From NCBI GenBank assembly GCA_964016885.1, contig OZ024749.1, positions 8,494,001 to 8,558,000 of the forward strand: a DNA stretch of 64,000 nucleotides, written 5' to 3'. The DNA is from Eledone cirrhosa (lineage: Eukaryota). Within the stretch, counting starts at the first letter, position 1; every line of letters begins with the position of its first letter. The notes beneath the pieces are model-generated. The model was not told where the DNA came from. It ran no database searches and saw nothing but the letters and a program-made list of their open reading frames with translations. The position numbers and the translations under genes were made by a program. Shown here piece by piece: positions 58,850 through 64,000 of this stretch.

Positions 58850-61300
58850 GACCGCACCACAACATAACACATCACAACACCACAACACCCCTCACATTAA
58901 ACCACAAAGTCACTAGACCACACCACAACATAACACATCACAACACCACAACATCCAACACCCCTCACATTAAACCACAAAGTCACTAGACCACACCACA
59001 ACATAACACATCACAACACCCAGCACACCTCACATTAAACCACAAAGTCACTAGACCACACCACAACATAACACATCACAACACCACAACACCCAACACC
59101 CCTCACACTAAACCACAAAGTCACTAGACCACACCACAACATAACACATCACAACACCACAACACACAATACCCCTCACACTAAACCACAAAGTCACTAG
59201 ACCACAGCACAACATAACACATCACAACACACAGCACACCTCACATTAAACCACAAAGTCACTAGACCACACCACAACACATCACAACATCACAACACCC
59301 AACACCCCTCACACTAAACCACAAAGTCACTAGACCACACAACAACATAACACATCACAACACCACAACACCCAACACCCCTCACACTAAACCACAAAGT
59401 CACTAGACCACACCACAACATAACACATCACAACACCACAACGCCCAACACCCCTCACACTAAACCACAAAGTCACTAGACCACACCACAACACATCACA
59501 ACACCACAACACCCAACACCCCTCACACTAAACCACAAAGTCACTAGACCACACCACAACATAACACATCACAACACCACAACACCCAACACCCCTCACA
59601 CTAAACCACAAAGTCACTAGACCACACCACAACATAACACATCACAACACCACCACACCCAACACCCCTCACACTAAACCACAAAGTCACTAGACCACAC
59701 CACAACATAACACATCACAACACCACAACACACAACACCCCTCACACTAAACCACAAAGTCACTAGACCACACCACAACATAACACATCACAACACCCAA
59801 CACCCCTCACACTAAACCACAAAGTCACTAGACCACACCACAACACATCACAACACCACAACGCCCAACACCCCTCACACTAAACCACAAAGTCACTAGA
59901 CCACACCACAACATAACACATCACAACACCCAACACCCCTCACACTAAACCACAAAGTCACTAGACCACACCACAACATAACACATCACAACACCACAAC
60001 ACCCAACACCCCTCACACTAAACCACAAAGTCACTAGACCACACCACAACACATCACAACACCACAACACCCAACACCCCTCACATTAAACCACAAAGTC
60101 ACTAGACCACACCACAACATAACACATCACAACACCACCACACCCAACACCCCTCACACTAAACCTCAAAGTCACTAGACCACACCACAACATAACACAT
60201 CACAACACCACAACACCCAACACCCCTCACACTAAACCTCAAAGTCACTAGACCACACCACAACATAACACATCACAACACCACCACACCCAGCACACCT
60301 CACACTAAACCTCAAAGTCACTAGACCACACCACAACATAACACATCACAACACCACAACACCCAACACCCCTCACACTAAACCACAAAGTCACTAGACC
60401 ACACCACAACATAACACATCACAACACCACCACACCCAACACCCCTCACACTAAACCTCAAAGTCACTAGACCACACCACAACATAACACATCACAACAC
60501 CACAACACCCAACACCCCTCACACTAAACCACAAAGTCACTAGACCACACCACAACATAACACATCACAACACCCAGCACACCTCACACTAAACCACAAA
60601 GTCACTAGACCACACCACAACATAACACATCACAACACCACAACACCCAAAACCCCTCACACTAAACCACAAAGTCACTAGACCACACCACAACATAACA
60701 CATCACAACACCACCACACCCAACACCCCTCACACTAAACCACAAAGTCACTAGACCACACCACAACACATCACAACACCCAACACCCCTCACACTAAAC
60801 CACAAAGTCACTAGACCACACCACAACATAACACATCACAACACCCAACACCCCTCACACTAAACCACAAAGTCACTAGACCACACCACAACATAACACA
60901 TCACAACACCACAACACCCAGCACACCTCACACTAAACCTCAAAGTCACTAGACCACACCACAACATAACACATCACAACACCATAACACACAACACCCC
61001 TCACACTAAACCACAAAGTCACTAGACCACACCACAACATAACACATCACAACACCCAGCACACCTCACACTAAACCACAAAGTCACTAGACCACACCAC
61101 AACATAACACATCACAACACCATAACACACAACACCCCTCACACTAAACCACAAAGTCACTAGACCACACCACAACATAACACATCACAACACCCAGCAC
61201 ACCTCACACTAAACCACAAAGTCACTAGACCACACCACAACATAACACATCACAACATCCAGCACCTCTCACACTAAACCACAAAGTCACTAGACCACAC
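58850..61300. repeat. ~60-73-bp CA-rich minisatellite (core AAACCACAAAGTCACTAGACCACACCACAAC), ~35 units
   Basis: GTCACTAG recurs at 58909, 58982, 59047, 59120 and onward. Confidence 0.95.
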
Positions 61301-62814
61301 AACATCACAACACCACACCACACCGTAACACCACACACGTCGCATCACAACATACATAACACACAACGCCATACACCACACCACATTTCAACACCACCAC
61401 AGCACCATACCACACAACTCCACACCACCACAGCATACCACACCACACAACTCTAGACCATGCTACCACAGCACGCCACACCACCGCACCACAACACCAC
61501 CATACCATACCACACAAGTCTACGCCACAACACCACAACACCACCACACCACACCATACCACACAGCACAACACCACACACCACAACACCACAACACCAC
61601 ACCACATTACCAGACAACACCACACCACCACACCACAAGACAACACCACACCACCTCACCACCACCACACCACACCACCACAGCATGCCACACCACACAA
61701 CTCTAGACCATGCTACCACAGCACGCCACACCACCGCACCACAACACCACCATACCACACCACACAAGTCTACGCCACAACACCACCACACCACACAATA
61801 CCACACCACACCACACCACCAGACAACACCACACCACCTCACACCACACCACCAGACAACACCACACCACCTCACACCACACCACCACACCACCAGACAA
61901 CACCACACTACCTCACACCACACCACCAGACAACACCACACCACAACACACCACCACACCACCACACCACACAACACCACACCACCATACCGTAACAGTA
62001 AAAACATACAATAAGAGACACAGACAACACAGCTACACACACACACACACACCATACATACACAGTACACACATACACATACACCATACACTGTTCACAC
62101 ACACACACCATACACTGTTCACACACACACACATACACCATACACTGTTCACACACACACACATACACCATACACTGTTCACATACACCATACACACACT
62201 CTATTTACACACACTCAACAAACACATACACTGTACACACACACACACTTCACACATTATTTACACACACACACACTCAACAAACACACACACACCCACA
62301 CTCACTCACAATACCACACACACATACACACATTATTTACACACAGACTCACTCGACAACCCCCCCTCCGCACACACACACACATTTCACACATCATTTA
62401 CACACGCACTCAACAAAAACACACACACACACACACACACGCGCGCGTGCACATCCCTTTAACAATCCTGTATAATATATACCTATCACTCTCTCTCTCT
62501 CTAGATAATTATCTGTCTCTCTCTCCCGCTCTAGTTATCTATCTGTCCCTCTCTATCTATCTATTTCCCTCTCTAATTAACTATCTGTCTCTCTCTCTCC
62601 CCCTCTCTAGTTATCTATCTGTCCCTCTCTATATATATCTCTCTCCCTCTCTAGTTATCTATCTGTCCCTCTCTATCTATCTCTCTCCCTACTCTGTGTA
62701 TCTATTTAACTATATATCCCTCTCTGCATCTCCCTGTCCATCTCTCTCTGTAGCTCTTCCTTTCTCTCTCTCTCTCTATCTATCTATCTTCCTCTCTCTC
62801 TGTATCTCTCCCTT

Positions 62815-62845
<31 letters not shown>

Positions 62846-63200
62846 GTATCTCTTTCCCGCTCTCATATCTCTATACCTATCAAACTCTCTCCTTCTCTCC
62901 CACTCTCTGTTACCTGTGTAACTCACTCCCTATCTCTCCCTATCTAACTCTCCCCTTTTCACTCTTTCTCTCACTCTCTTTCCGTCTTTTTCTGATATCT
63001 CTCTCCGCCTCTCATACAAACTCACACATTTTCTCTCTCTCTCCCTCCCTCTCTCTCCGTCTCTCATACACACTCACATTCTCTCTCTCTCTCTCATACC
63101 CACTCACACATTCTCTCTCTCCGCCTCTCATACACTCACATTCTCTCACTCCCTCCGCCTCTCTTAAGCACTCACACCCTCTCTCTCTCTCTCTGACATT
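61301..63200. repeat. Low-complexity (CAC)n, (CA)n and (CT)n/(CTAT)n block
   Basis: Direct reading. Confidence 0.9.
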
Positions 63201-63508
63201 ACATTTCATCCAACTGTGACCCTTGAAACATCAGGTAAGAATGAAAAGCAAGAGGACGGGGCTAATGTTGACTTGTTGACTGATTGTCTGTATGTCTGTC
63301 TATCTATCTGTCTGTCTGTCTGTGAGTCTGTCTGTCTGTCTGTCCGTCTGGCTGGCTAGGGAATTGGTTGGTCGGTTGGTTAGTTAGGTGAGTGGTTGGT
63401 TGGCTGGCTGGTCGGTGGGTAGTCTTGTTGGCTGGTTTTCTGGCTGGTTGATTGGTTTCTATAGCCGTATAGAGAGGAGGGGAGTGAGAGAGAGCGAGAG
63501 AGTGTGTG

Positions 63509-63540
<32 letters not shown>

Positions 63541-63718
63541 ATAGAGAGAGAGAGAGACAGAGGGAGGAGTGAGCTAGCATCACGCTAGTACAACGAACAT
63601 CGAAATTCTATCATCGGAAGCTGATCTGCCGCTACCTTTACATCTCTTTTAAGCTTAGCTAAAAGCTAACGGTTTCTACCTGACCTGCGTCTCTGCTTGC
63701 TTCGCCTATATATATATT

Positions 63719-63751
<33 letters not shown>

Positions 63752-64000
63752 ATATATATATGGCCAAGGTTTTTAAAAATGATAAACTTAAATATTACAT
63801 ATATACACGCCAAGTATGACGGAAAAAAGTAGGCGAGAAATATTTCGATATACATACTTGTGTATAAAAACTGATAAATACGAGAAAAGGAAAACCATGA
63901 GAGAGTAAAAAGCTTCGTTTCGAAATTAAGGAAGAAGAAGAAAAAAAAAAAGAAAACCTTAAAAGAAAAAAAAAAAAAAAAATTACGCCACACCACAAAC

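Noticed and set aside
63200-63240. Plus-strand CAG|GTAAGA donor
   Set aside because: No convincing acceptor or ORF upstream; isolated motif.

Overview
Eukaryotic, extremely repeat-rich DNA with no recognisable intact host gene. The SINE and LINE-tail sequences resemble those of octopod cephalopods; this is recognition from memory, not a search. Multi-kilobase (TA)n, (CA)n and (GA)n tracts produce nearly all long ORFs in the track, and these are artefacts. The islands between the tracts are retroelements: a Penelope-like element (PLE) with an uninterrupted 742-aa RT+GIY-YIG ORF (8213-10441), two more PLE 3' fragments, a disrupted CRE-clade LINE, four Tx1/L1, three RTE and two CR1 fragments, four copies of a bipartite RTE-derived element, tRNA-derived SINEs and two MITE/foldback elements. 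The main hidden signal is RNA structure. I find about 19 complete or degenerate minimal type I hammerhead ribozyme (HHR) motifs on both strands, plus 8 half-HHRs. Many sit in short inverted-repeat elements inserted in (TA)n. One group of palindromes pivots on the inferred HHR stem II hairpin, which suggests cDNA snap-back. In the HHR-bearing inverted pairs one arm carries an extra 3' tail and the other ends at an internal TA-like microhomology. Two tandem arrays arose from internal LINE ORF2 segments. All structures were folded by eye and coordinates may be off by a few nucleotides.
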